In this document: one piece after another, positions 32,953 to 42,607 of the stretch
How the letters are laid out: each line of letters starts with the position of its first letter
Numbering within the stretch: position 1 is the stretch's first letter
Assembly: GCA_965213685.1 (NCBI GenBank)
Contig: CBDBZY010000033.1
Coordinates: forward strand, 1-57,894
Reading direction: 5' to 3'
Origin: a bacterium
GTDB lineage: Bacteria; UBA8248
DNA length: 57,894 nt
Program-made: the position numbers and the translations under genes
The notes under the pieces: model-generated
What the model saw: only the letters and a program-made list of their open reading frames with translations
Databases searched by the model: none
Told to the model about the DNA's origin: nothing

Positions 32953-33249
32953 GACGATCTCCCCCCCTGGTCTTCATGGAATCATGGAAGCCGCACGGGT
33001 CGACCGTCTTTCGGAGTGGCGCCCGTACCGGCGAAGCGCGACGGACAAGGCATGGGGGAGATTGTAGCACAAGAAGCCGCCGCGCGGAGCGAAAGCCCTC
33101 CCGGAAAAAAAAGGAGGGGGTGCGCAGCGGGCACGCCGAGCCGACGCGCTCAACCCTGGAGCGTCCCCGAGGCTTTGACATCGTTCTCCAGAGCCATCAA
33201 GGTGTAATCGGCAGTTCCATATGGGCCATTGCGGGAGTGGAGCGGGGGA

Positions 33250-34176
33250 ATGGATATCATTTTGGGCAACGCCGTCGTTATCGTGCTGGTCGTGTTTGTC
33301 TTGCTGGCCATCAAGAGCGGCGTGAAAGTCGTTCCGCAGTCGGATGTCTACATCATAGAAAGATTCGGCAAATACACGCGAACGCTACCGGCGGGATTGA
33401 ACCTCATCATACCGTTCCTCGACAAGGTGTCGCACCGGCTATCGATCCTCGAACGACAGCTTCCGGAGTTCTCCATCAGCGTCATCACGCGCGACAACGT
33501 CGAAGTAAATCTCGTGGCGACGGTGTTTTATCGGATCGTTGACGCCCATCGTTCCGTCTACCGCATCCGCGAGGTCGATTCCGCCCTGCATACCGAGGCG
33601 TCGTCCATCGTGCGCTCGGCGGCTGGCCGGCTTGAGCTCGACGAGTTGCAATCGTCGCGCGAATCCATGAACCAGGAAATTGGCAGCAACCTCCAGGCCA
33701 AATCGGACGAATGGGGCCTCGATATCACCTCTACGGCGATCATTGACGTGGTTGTCGACGAGCAGACCAAGGCCGCGCAACGCCAGCAGTTGAACGCCGA
33801 GCGGGAGCGCCGCGCCGCGATAGCGCGCGCGGAAGGCGACAGGCGCGCCGTTGAGTTGGCGGCCGAGGCCAAGTTGTTCGAAGCGCAGAAGGCGGCGGAG
33901 GCGCTACGCCTGACGGCCGACGCCGAGGCCTACGCCGTGCGCGCAAAGGCGGAAGCCGATGCCGAGCAAACCCGGCTCATCGCCTTGGCGATCGCCGACA
34001 ACGGTCAGCCGGCCGTAGACTTTGAGGTGCTGAAACGCCAGGTGGAGGCGCTCGGTCAGCTCGCCGCCTCGACCAACGCCAAGACGGTGGTGGTGCCAAC
34101 CGATATTGCGGGCGTCATCGGTTCGCTTCATCTGATCTCTGAGAACCTGCGGAGGCCGACCGATGGGCCTGCCTAG
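33250..34176 (+). CDS. SPFH/band 7 (stomatin/QmcA-like) membrane protein
   Basis: N-terminal TM; VVPQ...ERFGKY, ITRDNV, AERERRA coiled coil. Confidence 0.92.
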   Translation: MDIILGNAVVIVLVVFVLLAIKSGVKVVPQSDVYIIERFGKYTRTLPAGLNLIIPFLDKVSHRLSILERQLPEFSISVITRDNVEVNLVATVFYRIVDAHRSVYRIREVDSALHTEASSIVRSAAGRLELDELQSSRESMNQEIGSNLQAKSDEWGLDITSTAIIDVVVDEQTKAAQRQQLNAERERRAAIARAEGDRRAVELAAEAKLFEAQKAAEALRLTADAEAYAVRAKAEADAEQTRLIALAIADNGQPAVDFEVLKRQVEALGQLAASTNAKTVVVPTDIAGVIGSLHLISENLRRPTDGPA

Positions 34177-34471
34177 CGCGCTCTCCCACGGGGCGCTCTC
34201 GCCGGAAGTCTGGGCGATCATCGCGCTCGTCCTCGTCGGCGCGGACGTGGCGCTCGGCTTGGACTTCTTCGTATTGTCGATTGGCGTCGCCGCGCTGCTC
34301 CTCGCCGGCCTTTTGTTCCTGCAGGAAAACGTGTGGCCGGGCGGCGTCGCGTTGCTGGAGACCTGGCGCGACGTCGGCTTGTGGTTTGCCGGACTGTCCG
34401 TTGGATCGACCATCCTGATCCGGCTGGCGCTGCGTCGCCGCGGCGCCCGGGCGGATGTCAATGAATACTAG
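34163..34471 (+). CDS. Short NfeD-like membrane partner of the SPFH protein
   Basis: Overlaps the SPFH stop; about 3 TM helices with W...L..AD...FF pattern; ends DVNEY with no OB-fold domain. Confidence 0.6.
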   Translation: MGLPSALSHGALSPEVWAIIALVLVGADVALGLDFFVLSIGVAALLLAGLLFLQENVWPGGVALLETWRDVGLWFAGLSVGSTILIRLALRRRGARADVNEY

Positions 34472-34539
34472 CCCCGCCTCGTGGAGGGGGTGGAGGCGCG
34501 CATCCGCCTGCCCCCGACGAGAGACTGCCCCCAAAGACG

Positions 34540-35340
34540 TCAGGCGCCCTTGAAGTTCGGTTTGCGCTTTTCGTGAAAGGCCTCGACGCCTTCGCGGAAG
34601 TCGTCCGACTGGCGCAGCCTGGAATAGCAATGTCCCTCCAGCTGAATCCCCAGGGACAAGAAGGTGTCCTCGGTTTCGTTGAGCAGGCGCTTGGCCGTCC
34701 GCTGGGCCAAGGGTGCGAACGCGCACAACTCGGCGACGAGGGCGTCCGTGGCCTCCTCGAGTTCTCCGTCCGGCACGACCTCGGTGACGATGCCCCAGTC
34801 ATGGGCCTGCCTGCCGGTGATGCGCTTCGAGCGCATGACGATGTCCTTCGTTCGCGTGATGCCGATCATTTTCTGGAGGCGCGCCGAGCCGCCCGAGCCC
34901 GGAATCTGCCCCAGCCGCTGCTCCGGGAGGGCGTAGCGCGCCGTCTCCGAGGCGATGCGGAAATCGCAGGCGAGGGAGACCTCGAAGCCCACGCCGAAGC
35001 AGTAGCCGCGGTTGGCGGCGACGACCGGCTTCTCGCACCGCGTCGGCGCCGCCATGTTGTCGGCCAGCTTGGAGACCTGCTCGGGGGAGGCCTCCAGAAA
35101 GCCGCGGATGAACCCGCCGGAGGAGAAGTGCGGGCCAAGGGCGCGGAGCACGATCACGCGCACCCGGTCGTCGCGGTCGAGATTCTCGAACGCGGCCCGC
35201 ATCTCGTCGCGCTGCCCCATGGAGATGGTGTTCATCTCGCCGCGGTCCAGAATGATGTCGCCGCGCCGCCGCCCGGCGTCCACCTCGACCACGAAGCCGT
35301 CCAGGCGCTTTCCGTTCCAATCCTCCGTTGCCCCAGTCAT
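34540..35340 (-). CDS. Crotonase-family protein resembling 2-oxoglutaroyl-CoA hydrolase HmfE
   Basis: GFLEASPEQVSKLA, NRGYCFGVGFE, LPEQRLGQIPGSGGSARL and LEGHCYSRLR match my recollection of the HmfE subfamily. Confidence 0.75.
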   Translation of the reverse strand: MTGATEDWNGKRLDGFVVEVDAGRRRGDIILDRGEMNTISMGQRDEMRAAFENLDRDDRVRVIVLRALGPHFSSGGFIRGFLEASPEQVSKLADNMAAPTRCEKPVVAANRGYCFGVGFEVSLACDFRIASETARYALPEQRLGQIPGSGGSARLQKMIGITRTKDIVMRSKRITGRQAHDWGIVTEVVPDGELEEATDALVAELCAFAPLAQRTAKRLLNETEDTFLSLGIQLEGHCYSRLRQSDDFREGVEAFHEKRKPNFKGA

Positions 35341-36998
35341 CCGGATTCTCCCTCCCTCTCCGCTCCCCGGTTTCGCGTCCCCTGTGCGGCGCGCGCCATG
35401 CGCAGCAGCGATTTCTTGTCTATCTTGCCGCCGCCGACCCGGGGAAGCGCGCGCAGCGCGACGAATCGCGCCGGCAGCTTGTAGGTGGCGAGGCCGCCCG
35501 CCCGCAGGGTGCCGGCCAGAGCCTCCGCGTCCAGCGCCTTCCCCTCCCGTGTCTGGACGAACGCCCACGGCACCTCGCCGTATGCGGCGTCGGGTGCGGC
35601 GACGACGGCGCATTGAAAGACGTCCGGGTGCTTGGCGATTTCCCGCTCGACCTCATCGGGCAGGATTTTGTGGCCGCTACGGTTGATGACCTCCCTGACG
35701 CGCCCCAGTAGCGTCAGCCGGCCCTCCGCGTCGAGGGTTCCGAAGTCGCCGGTCGCCCACCAACCCTCCGACCAGGCCGCTCGCGTGGCCTCCGGGTCGT
35801 TCCAGTAGCCGGAGGAGGCGTAGGGTGCGGAGACCTTGAGCTGGCCGGCTTTCCCCGGGGGGAGCGCGCCTCCGTTCGCATCCTCGATCCGCAGGCGGCA
35901 CCCCGGGAGCGGCAGGCCGCAGTCGCCGCCCAGCCGCAGCGCGGCCGGCTCCCTGACGTCCGCGTGCCCGAAGCCGGGGCATTCCATGCTGCCCGCTGCG
36001 ACCACGACGCGGCAATTCGTCGAGCACTCCAGACGGCGCGCCGCGCCCAGGTCGGCAGCTGCGGTGCCGACCCGCAGTACCCGCAGGGAGCGCAGGTCGA
36101 ACGCGGCGGCGTCCTCTTGCGCCAGCCGGGCGAGGATGACGGGAACCGTCGTCGCCACCGTGATCCGCGCCTCCTCGACGAGCCCCAGCAGGGCGCGCGC
36201 GTCGTAGGTGGCCGGAAAGGTGTAGGCGCAGGGCGTCGTGCCGGACATCGACCAGACGAGCAGGCCTGCGGCGCCCGACATCGGCGCGAAAATGCCGACG
36301 TTGTCGTCCGCCCCGACGCCCAGCCGCTCGGCGATTCCGCGACCGACGCAGACTTGCGCCGCCTCGGGCCATTCGCACAGTTTGGGGAGGCCGCCGGATC
36401 CGCTGGAGACCGTGATCGAGGAGACTTCATCGAAGCGGAAACGTCGGGCGGGGATTCGCTCCGGTGCGCGGGCGTCGAGGGGGGGCCTGGTGAGGTCGCG
36501 CCAATCCACCCATCCCTCGGGTGCCTCCCCCGACAGGCTGACGCGAAGGGCGCTTCCGGCCCGGCCCGCGGGCGTTTGCTCCAGCCACGCCGCGCACTCG
36601 CCGTCCATGGAGGCATGCGAGAGAAAAATCGCGCCGGGTGCCATTTTCCGGCAGGCGTGGTCGAGCTCCTTGTGCCGCCACTGCATGGGGACGAAGCAGC
36701 CGATGACGCCCGCTTTCTTGAGCGCGATCCGCAGCACCATCTCGCGGTTCGACGAGGGCATCCGCGCGAGGGCACAGGCGTCGCGCCGCACGCCCCGGGC
36801 GATCAGGTTCGCGGCGATCCGGTCGGTGAGCGCATCGAGCCGCCGCCAGGTGATCTCCTCCTCCGCGTCGCGGCAGGCGACCTTGTCGGGGAAATCCCGC
36901 GCGAAGGCGGCGCATCGCTCCGCCATCGTCACGCGTGACCAGTGGCCCGCCGCGAGGTAGGCCTCGATGGCGTCCGCGTCGAGGAGGAGCGGCTTCAT
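35337..36998 (-). CDS. AMP-dependent acyl/aryl-CoA ligase
   Basis: SSGSGGLPK P-loop variant, TGD, GRVREVINRSG, LPRVGGGKIDK; start MKPLLL. Confidence 0.88.
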   Translation of the reverse strand: MKPLLLDADAIEAYLAAGHWSRVTMAERCAAFARDFPDKVACRDAEEEITWRRLDALTDRIAANLIARGVRRDACALARMPSSNREMVLRIALKKAGVIGCFVPMQWRHKELDHACRKMAPGAIFLSHASMDGECAAWLEQTPAGRAGSALRVSLSGEAPEGWVDWRDLTRPPLDARAPERIPARRFRFDEVSSITVSSGSGGLPKLCEWPEAAQVCVGRGIAERLGVGADDNVGIFAPMSGAAGLLVWSMSGTTPCAYTFPATYDARALLGLVEEARITVATTVPVILARLAQEDAAAFDLRSLRVLRVGTAAADLGAARRLECSTNCRVVVAAGSMECPGFGHADVREPAALRLGGDCGLPLPGCRLRIEDANGGALPPGKAGQLKVSAPYASSGYWNDPEATRAAWSEGWWATGDFGTLDAEGRLTLLGRVREVINRSGHKILPDEVEREIAKHPDVFQCAVVAAPDAAYGEVPWAFVQTREGKALDAEALAGTLRAGGLATYKLPARFVALRALPRVGGGKIDKKSLLRMARAAQGTRNRGAEREGESG

Positions 36999-37012
36999 GC
37001 CCGACCCTCCCG

Positions 37013-37798
37013 CTAGCGGCCCTTGTATTCGGGGGGACGCTTTTCGGCGTAGGCGTTCAGCGCCTCGCGGCTGTCCTGCGTCGCCATGCAAATCGCGTAG
37101 AGCTTGCGCTCGTAGTCGATGCCCGCCAGCAGCTCCGTCTCCGTCGAGCGCAAAACGGCGTCGCGCCCGGCGACGAAAGCCATGGGAGCCTGCGCGCCGA
37201 GGACGCGCGCCAGCTCCTTCGCGCGGGGGAGCAGGTCGGCTTGCGGCATGACCTCGGTGACCAGGCCGATTGCGGCTGCGGTCCGCGCGTCTATGCGCTG
37301 TCCCGTCAGCACCATCTGCATCGCCCAGCCCAGGCCGACGAACCGGGAGAGGCGCTGCGTGCCGCCGCTGCCGGGAATCTGCCCCAGGGTGATCTCCGGC
37401 TGCGCGAGCTGGGCGTTGTCGCTCGCGATGCGGATGGTGCACCCCATGGCGAACTCCAGGCCGGCACCGAAACAATAGCCGTTGATCGCGGCGACGGTCG
37501 GCTTGCCGAGGCGCTCCACCGCGGTCGGCAGGTCTTTGCGGAGCGTCGCCGACGGCCCCATCTCGGACGCGAGCGTCCGCCGCTCCAGCTCCGGTATGTT
37601 GGTGCCGGCGCAAAACGCCTTCTCGCCGTGTCCGGTAAAGACGATGGCCTTCACCGCGTCGTCGGTTTCGGCCCGGCGGACGCAATCGAGCAGGTCCACG
37701 CGCATCTGGTGGGTCATGGCGTTTCGCCGCTCTGGCCAGTGCAGGGTGACGACCAGCAGATCATCGTCCATTTCGGTGCGCACGTTCCGGTAGCCCAT
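37013..37798 (-). CDS. Enoyl-CoA hydratase/isomerase
   Basis: AFCAG, INGYCFGAGLE, PEITLGQIPGSGGTQRL. Confidence 0.9.
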   Translation of the reverse strand: MGYRNVRTEMDDDLLVVTLHWPERRNAMTHQMRVDLLDCVRRAETDDAVKAIVFTGHGEKAFCAGTNIPELERRTLASEMGPSATLRKDLPTAVERLGKPTVAAINGYCFGAGLEFAMGCTIRIASDNAQLAQPEITLGQIPGSGGTQRLSRFVGLGWAMQMVLTGQRIDARTAAAIGLVTEVMPQADLLPRAKELARVLGAQAPMAFVAGRDAVLRSTETELLAGIDYERKLYAICMATQDSREALNAYAEKRPPEYKGR

Positions 37799-37919
37799 AG
37801 GAGGCCATCTCCCCTGTCTTGTGAGCGGCCGGGTTTTTCGCACCGGCACCGGGGGCGAACACCCACAGGTCCAGGCTCGATTCGGGCCCGGCAACGCCAC
37901 TTGGCGCAGCGTTTCCGGC

Positions 37920-37949
37920 AGAATGGCTTGGTGGGGATGGTCCTGTCAA
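37920..37949 (-). promoter_or_regulatory. Putative promoter of the crotonase/ligase operon
   Basis: Minus strand TTGACA-18 bp-CATTCT. Confidence 0.35.
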
Positions 37950-37986
37950 GAAACCGCTTTTCAGAAGAGGCGCCCGCCCGGTCTTC

Positions 37987-39162
37987 CTAGGCCTCCAGTT
38001 TCTGCCGGAGCCAGTCGAAAATCTCGTGCGCGTAGGGGGGCACGTTGTCCATCTGGCAGTGCTGGGCGCCGGTTTCCGTCCCCCGGACGATTCTCAGCGT
38101 CTTGTCCTTGGAGCCCACCGCGTCATAGAGCGTCCGCGCCGCCTCGACCGATATTTGCTGGTCGCCCTCGCCGTGGATCAGAAAAAACGGGCAACGCATC
38201 TTCTGCACGACGCCGTCGAGCTTGAATCCCTCGAGCCTTTCGAGGGAATCCTCCATGGAGTCGGAATTGAATATCCACGCCAGATGGTGCCCGGGCACCG
38301 ACAGCGCCGTCTTGTAGGCTGCGGCGATGCGGTCTTGCCACACCTTTTGATAGTCCCAAATCGCCCCCCAGGCCACGCACGCCCGGAAGCGCGGCTCCAT
38401 GCTCGCGTTTCTGGGCGCGTAGTAGCCGCCCAGGCTGATCGCCATGACGCCCGCCCGCTCCGCGTTCACGTCGTTTCTGCTCTCCAGGTAGTCGAGTGCG
38501 GCCGCGCCCGCCACTTCGTGGTCGTGCCGCAGGTAGAGCCTTCGGGAGCGGATGGCCTCTCCGTTTCCGGGCGCGTCCACCGCTAGCACGCTCACCCCCC
38601 GGCGCACCAGGTCTTCCGCGCCCAGCATGTATTGCACTTCCTTGGAGACGTCGAAGCCGTCGAAGGAGACCACCACGGGCGGCTTCCTTTTTCGCGTGTT
38701 TCGCGCGTGGGCGAGGATGCCGGGGAGCGTTTTTTTCCCCTCGAAGGGGATTTCCACGTGCTCGATGCGGGGAGAGTCCGTGAGGGCGGCGAAGCGCCGG
38801 AAGCTGTCGAGGGATTTGCGGTAGGCGGCCTTCGCCGCCTTGTCCTTGGGCGTTCGGAAGCGCTCTGCGAGCTGATAATAGAAGCAGGCCCGCTTGAAGA
38901 GGGCGGCGGCGGAGAGGTCGTTCTTCTTCCTGGCGGCGGCCATCCCCAGGGCGCGCATCCTGTCGGCCTCCTTGACCCATTCGGCGAACCAGGCGTCGTC
39001 GTCCCCCTCCCTGCCCGCGAGTTGCCGGCAAACCTTGTCGATTTCCCCCATCGTGGCGGCGCCCCAGTAGGACGTGGAATAGGCGATGCTCACCCCTGCG
39101 GACCAGCGGTAGTCATCGGGAAAATACGCGAACCAAGGTTCCTTGCCGACGGCTTTTGCCAT
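37987..39162 (-). CDS. Alpha/beta hydrolase, DHPON hydrolase/FrsA-like (paralog 2)
   Basis: WFAYFPDDYRWS, FDGFDVSKE, SLGGYYAPR, GAQHCQ. Confidence 0.8.
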   Translation of the reverse strand: MAKAVGKEPWFAYFPDDYRWSAGVSIAYSTSYWGAATMGEIDKVCRQLAGREGDDDAWFAEWVKEADRMRALGMAAARKKNDLSAAALFKRACFYYQLAERFRTPKDKAAKAAYRKSLDSFRRFAALTDSPRIEHVEIPFEGKKTLPGILAHARNTRKRKPPVVVSFDGFDVSKEVQYMLGAEDLVRRGVSVLAVDAPGNGEAIRSRRLYLRHDHEVAGAAALDYLESRNDVNAERAGVMAISLGGYYAPRNASMEPRFRACVAWGAIWDYQKVWQDRIAAAYKTALSVPGHHLAWIFNSDSMEDSLERLEGFKLDGVVQKMRCPFFLIHGEGDQQISVEAARTLYDAVGSKDKTLRIVRGTETGAQHCQMDNVPPYAHEIFDWLRQKLEA

Positions 39163-39335
39163 GAGGCGTTCTCCTTAGGAGAAAAGGAAGCGGGGGCATG
39201 GAGCGCATCCCGGGGGAGATTGCGCCACGAACCGATCCTCTTCGCAGGCGTTTCGGGGAATCGTAGCACAACGGCCGCCCCTTCTCATCCATCGTTTCCG
39301 CCCTCTTGCCTGCGCGGATCGCCGGAGGCTTGTTG

Positions 39336-39790
39336 CTACAATTTTCCTCTTGATGGTTTTGGAAACAGGTAATTCATGATGACGCGAAATATTCCGAAAA
39401 AGATGACGGTCGTGCCGATAATCAGTGCCATCAGAACCCCATCTGCAATCTGGAATTTCAGTATCGAGAACCCTTGCAGCACGATTACGACAAGAAGAGC
39501 CGAAAGCCATCCGACGATGAGCCGGAAAATCCTGTTCGCATATTCGTTTCGTTCCGAACGGTCCTGTTCGCGCTCAAGTTTATGCGCATGTGCGATCTTG
39601 AGAGCGGTGTCTTCTTCGGTAGTCCGAGGAGGAGGTTTTTCGCCAGGTTCTTGTGATGGGGGCCTGGTTTCCCCCCTCCCGGAGGGTGCGCCTGTCGTGT
39701 CCAATCTATTTTTCCTCTAGGGCGTTGTCGGTGCCTCCTCCACTCCCGTGCCGTTGTTGCGGAGATACTAAAACCTCCATGGCTCTCATG
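39336..39790 (-). CDS. Hypothetical 2-TM membrane protein, lower GC (start uncertain; possible frameshift in an A5 run near 39710)
   Basis: ORF 39336..39704 has QDRSERNEYANRIF followed by two TM helices ending YLFP. It joins ORF 39706..39891 if one A is removed. Confidence 0.6.
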
Positions 39791-39860
39791 TCAATTTGCG
39801 ATTCGGATAGGCCTCCGGCGCCCGCCTGTGTGCCCGGCTTCTCCCGGAGCCGGTCGACTT

Positions 39861-39948
39861 CCGATGCGGGCGGCTTCCTGCCTGCTGGCAATTTTGGGTA
39901 TGGTATAAGGCATAGGAAGACTGGTTGACGCTATACCCGATGCGGGCG
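39861..39948 (+). promoter_or_regulatory. Promoter-like block upstream of ankyrin gene 1, duplicated upstream of gene 3
   Basis: 33 bp identical at 39878-39910 and 42421-42453, containing TGGTATAAG (extended -10-like); bracketed by CCGATGCGGGCG direct repeats. Confidence 0.55.
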
Positions 39949-40012
39949 AGGTCCGGCCGTTTAGCGAGCGGCTTGCGGGTGCGAAGAAGGAGGGAGAGGA
40001 ATGAGGTGGTGC

Positions 40013-41431
40013 ATGAAAGTGTTCATCGCAGGGCTTTGTCTTTCTGTCTTGGTGGGCGCGGTCCACGCACAGGCGGCGGAAACACCCTGCGCGGACTGGA
40101 ACACGTCCTCGTTTTTCAAGCGCGCCGACGCGGCGGACGTCTCGGGCTGCCTCAAGGCGGGAGCGGAGGTCAACGCGCGGGACGAGAACGGATTGACGCC
40201 CCTGCACGAGGCGGCGAGATACAGCAAAACGCCGGCAATCCTCACAACACTCCTCAAGGCAGGGGCGGAGCTCAACGCGCGGAACAAGCTCGGATGGAAA
40301 CCCCTGCACATGGCGGCGGCAACAAGCAAAACGCCGGCAATCCTCACAACACTCCTCAAGGCCGGAGCGAAGATCAACGCGCGGAACAAGGACGGAAGGA
40401 CGCCCCTCCACCGGGCGGCGCAATTCAGCAAAACCCCGACAATCCTCACGACCCTCCTGAAGGCCGGAGCGGAGGTCAACGCGCGGGACAAGCGCGGAGG
40501 GACGCCCCTGCTCGCGGCGGCGGCATTCAGCAGCAGACCCCCGGCAATCGTTACAACCCTCCTCAAGGCCGGGGCGAAGGTCAACGCGCGAGACGAGAGC
40601 GGAGAGACGCCCCTGCACTGGGCGGCGAAATACGGGAAAACCCCGACAATCGTTACAATCCTCCTCAAGGCGGGAGCGAAGGTCAACGCGCGGGACGAGA
40701 TCGGAGAGACGCCCCTCTACTGGGCGGCGATAACAAGCGAACCGGCAATCGTTACAACTCTCCTCAAGGCGGGAGCGGAGGTCAACGCGCGGAACACGCG
40801 CGGACGGACGCCCCTGCACCGGGCGGCGATAACCAGCAAAACCCCGGCAATCCTCACAACCCTCCTCAAGGCCGGAGCCAGGATCAACGCGCGGGACACG
40901 CGCGGAATGACGCCCCTGCATCTGGCGGCGAGATTCTGGCGAACCCCGGCGGTCGTGAAGGCCTTGCTGGACGCCGGAGCGGAGGTCAACGCGCGGACCA
41001 AGAGCGGACGGACGCCCCTCCACGTGGCGGGGCGGACGCCCCTGCACATAGCGGCGGAAAGACAAACCCCGGCAATCGTTACAACTCTCCTCAAGGCGGG
41101 AGCGGAGGTCAACGCGCGAGACGAGCGCGGATGGACACCCCTGCACATAGCGGCGGCGAGATTCAGCGAAACCCCGGCAACCCCGGCAATCCTCTCAACC
41201 CTCCTCAAGGCCGGAGCGGAGGTCAACGCGCGGGACACGCGCGGATGGACGCCCCTGCACTGGGCGGCGAGATTCAGCACCCCGGCGGTCGTGGAGGCCT
41301 TGCTGGACGCCGGGGCGGACCCTGCGACGCGAGACAGAGCGGGCAAAGCGCCGTGGAATTCTGCCCATGAAAACGCCAAGCTCCGGGGAACGGACGCCTA
41401 CTGGCGGCTGAACGATGGGCGGTTCAAGTAG
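40013..41431 (+). CDS. Secreted ankyrin-repeat protein 1 (signal peptide, N-cap, 11 repeats, C-cap)
   Basis: MKVFIAGLCLSVLVGAVHA signal; CADWNT..FF...CL cap; GxTPLHxAA...LLKAGAxVNAR repeats. Confidence 0.95.
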   Translation: MKVFIAGLCLSVLVGAVHAQAAETPCADWNTSSFFKRADAADVSGCLKAGAEVNARDENGLTPLHEAARYSKTPAILTTLLKAGAELNARNKLGWKPLHMAAATSKTPAILTTLLKAGAKINARNKDGRTPLHRAAQFSKTPTILTTLLKAGAEVNARDKRGGTPLLAAAAFSSRPPAIVTTLLKAGAKVNARDESGETPLHWAAKYGKTPTIVTILLKAGAKVNARDEIGETPLYWAAITSEPAIVTTLLKAGAEVNARNTRGRTPLHRAAITSKTPAILTTLLKAGARINARDTRGMTPLHLAARFWRTPAVVKALLDAGAEVNARTKSGRTPLHVAGRTPLHIAAERQTPAIVTTLLKAGAEVNARDERGWTPLHIAAARFSETPATPAILSTLLKAGAEVNARDTRGWTPLHWAARFSTPAVVEALLDAGADPATRDRAGKAPWNSAHENAKLRGTDAYWRLNDGRFK

Positions 41432-41613
41432 AAGCGGAGGGGGAAGCCGCACCGCTATCGGATCGTCTCCCGCCGCACCCGCCGATGCGGGCCGGCTTCC
41501 CGCCCTCCTGCGAGCGATACCGGGAGATGCTCGAGGGGGAGGAAGAATCCGCCGAAGGCAAGCAGGCCGTATAGCGGCGGACCCTCGGAGAGGCGCGAAC
41601 ACAGGAGGGGGGA
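41432..41613 (+). repeat. Inter-ankyrin spacer, copy 1
   Basis: Near-identical to 42352-42607 but lacking the ~75-bp promoter-like block. Confidence 0.85.
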
Positions 41614-42351
41614 ATGGTTTCTCGTTTCAGGCGTCCGGCGGAAACATCCTGCGCGGACTGGAACACGCCCTCGTTTTTCAAGCGCGCCGACGCGGCGGAC
41701 GTCTCGCGCTGCCTGCAGGCGGGAGCGGAGGTCAACGCGCGAAACAAGGGCGGAAGGACACCCCTGCACGCGGCGGGGGCAAACAGCAAAACCCCGGCAA
41801 TCGTTACAACCCTCCTCAAGGCCGGGGCGAAGGTCAACGCGCGAGACAAGTACGGAGAGACGCCCCTGCACTGGGCGGCACAATACGGGAAAACCCCGAC
41901 AATCGTTACAATCCTCCTCAAGGCGGGAGCGAAGGTCAACGCGCGGGACGAGAGCAGAGAGACGCCCCTCTACTGGGCGGCGATAACAAGCGAACCGGCA
42001 ATCGTTACAACTCTCCTCAAGGCCGGAGCGGAGGTCAACGCGCGGAACACGCGCGGACGGACGCCCCTGCACCGGGCGGCGATAACCAGCAAAACCCCGG
42101 CAATCCTCGCAACCCTCTTGCAGGCGGGAGCGGAGGTCAACGCGCGGGATGAGGACGGAGCGACGCCCCTGCATGTGGCGGCGGAAGACAGCAAAACCCC
42201 GGCGGTCGTGGAGGCCTTGCAGGACGCCGGGGCGGACCCTGCAGCGAGAGACAAGTTTGGCAAAACGCCTTGGGAGATCGCCCAACAAGAAAACGCCAAT
42301 CTCCGGGGAACGGACGCCTACCGGCGGCTGAACGATGGGCGGTTCAGGTAG
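41614..42351 (+). CDS. Ankyrin-repeat protein 2 (5 repeats, no signal peptide)
   Basis: Same N-cap and repeats; starts MVSRFR after ACAGGAGG. Confidence 0.92.
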   Translation: MVSRFRRPAETSCADWNTPSFFKRADAADVSRCLQAGAEVNARNKGGRTPLHAAGANSKTPAIVTTLLKAGAKVNARDKYGETPLHWAAQYGKTPTIVTILLKAGAKVNARDESRETPLYWAAITSEPAIVTTLLKAGAEVNARNTRGRTPLHRAAITSKTPAILATLLQAGAEVNARDEDGATPLHVAAEDSKTPAVVEALQDAGADPAARDKFGKTPWEIAQQENANLRGTDAYRRLNDGRFR

Positions 42352-42607
42352 AGGCGGAGGGGGGGAAGCCGCGCCGCTATCGGATCGTCTCCCGCCGCAC
42401 CCGTCTATGCGGGTGGATTTCTGCCTGCTGGCAATTTTGGGTATGGTATAAGGAAGGTTGGTTGACGCCATACCTGATGCGAGCGGCTTCCCGCCCTCCT
42501 GCGAGTGCTATCTGGAGATGCTTGAGGGGGAGGAGGAATCCGCCGAAGGCAAGCAGGCCGTATAGCGGCGAACCCTGCGGGGAGGCCCGAACACAGGAGG
42601 GTGGAAA
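42352..42607 (+). repeat. Inter-ankyrin spacer, copy 2
   Basis: Shares CGCTATCGGATCGTCTCCCGCCGCACCCG and GAATCCGCCGAAGGCAAGCAGGCCGTATAGCGGCG with copy 1. Confidence 0.85.
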
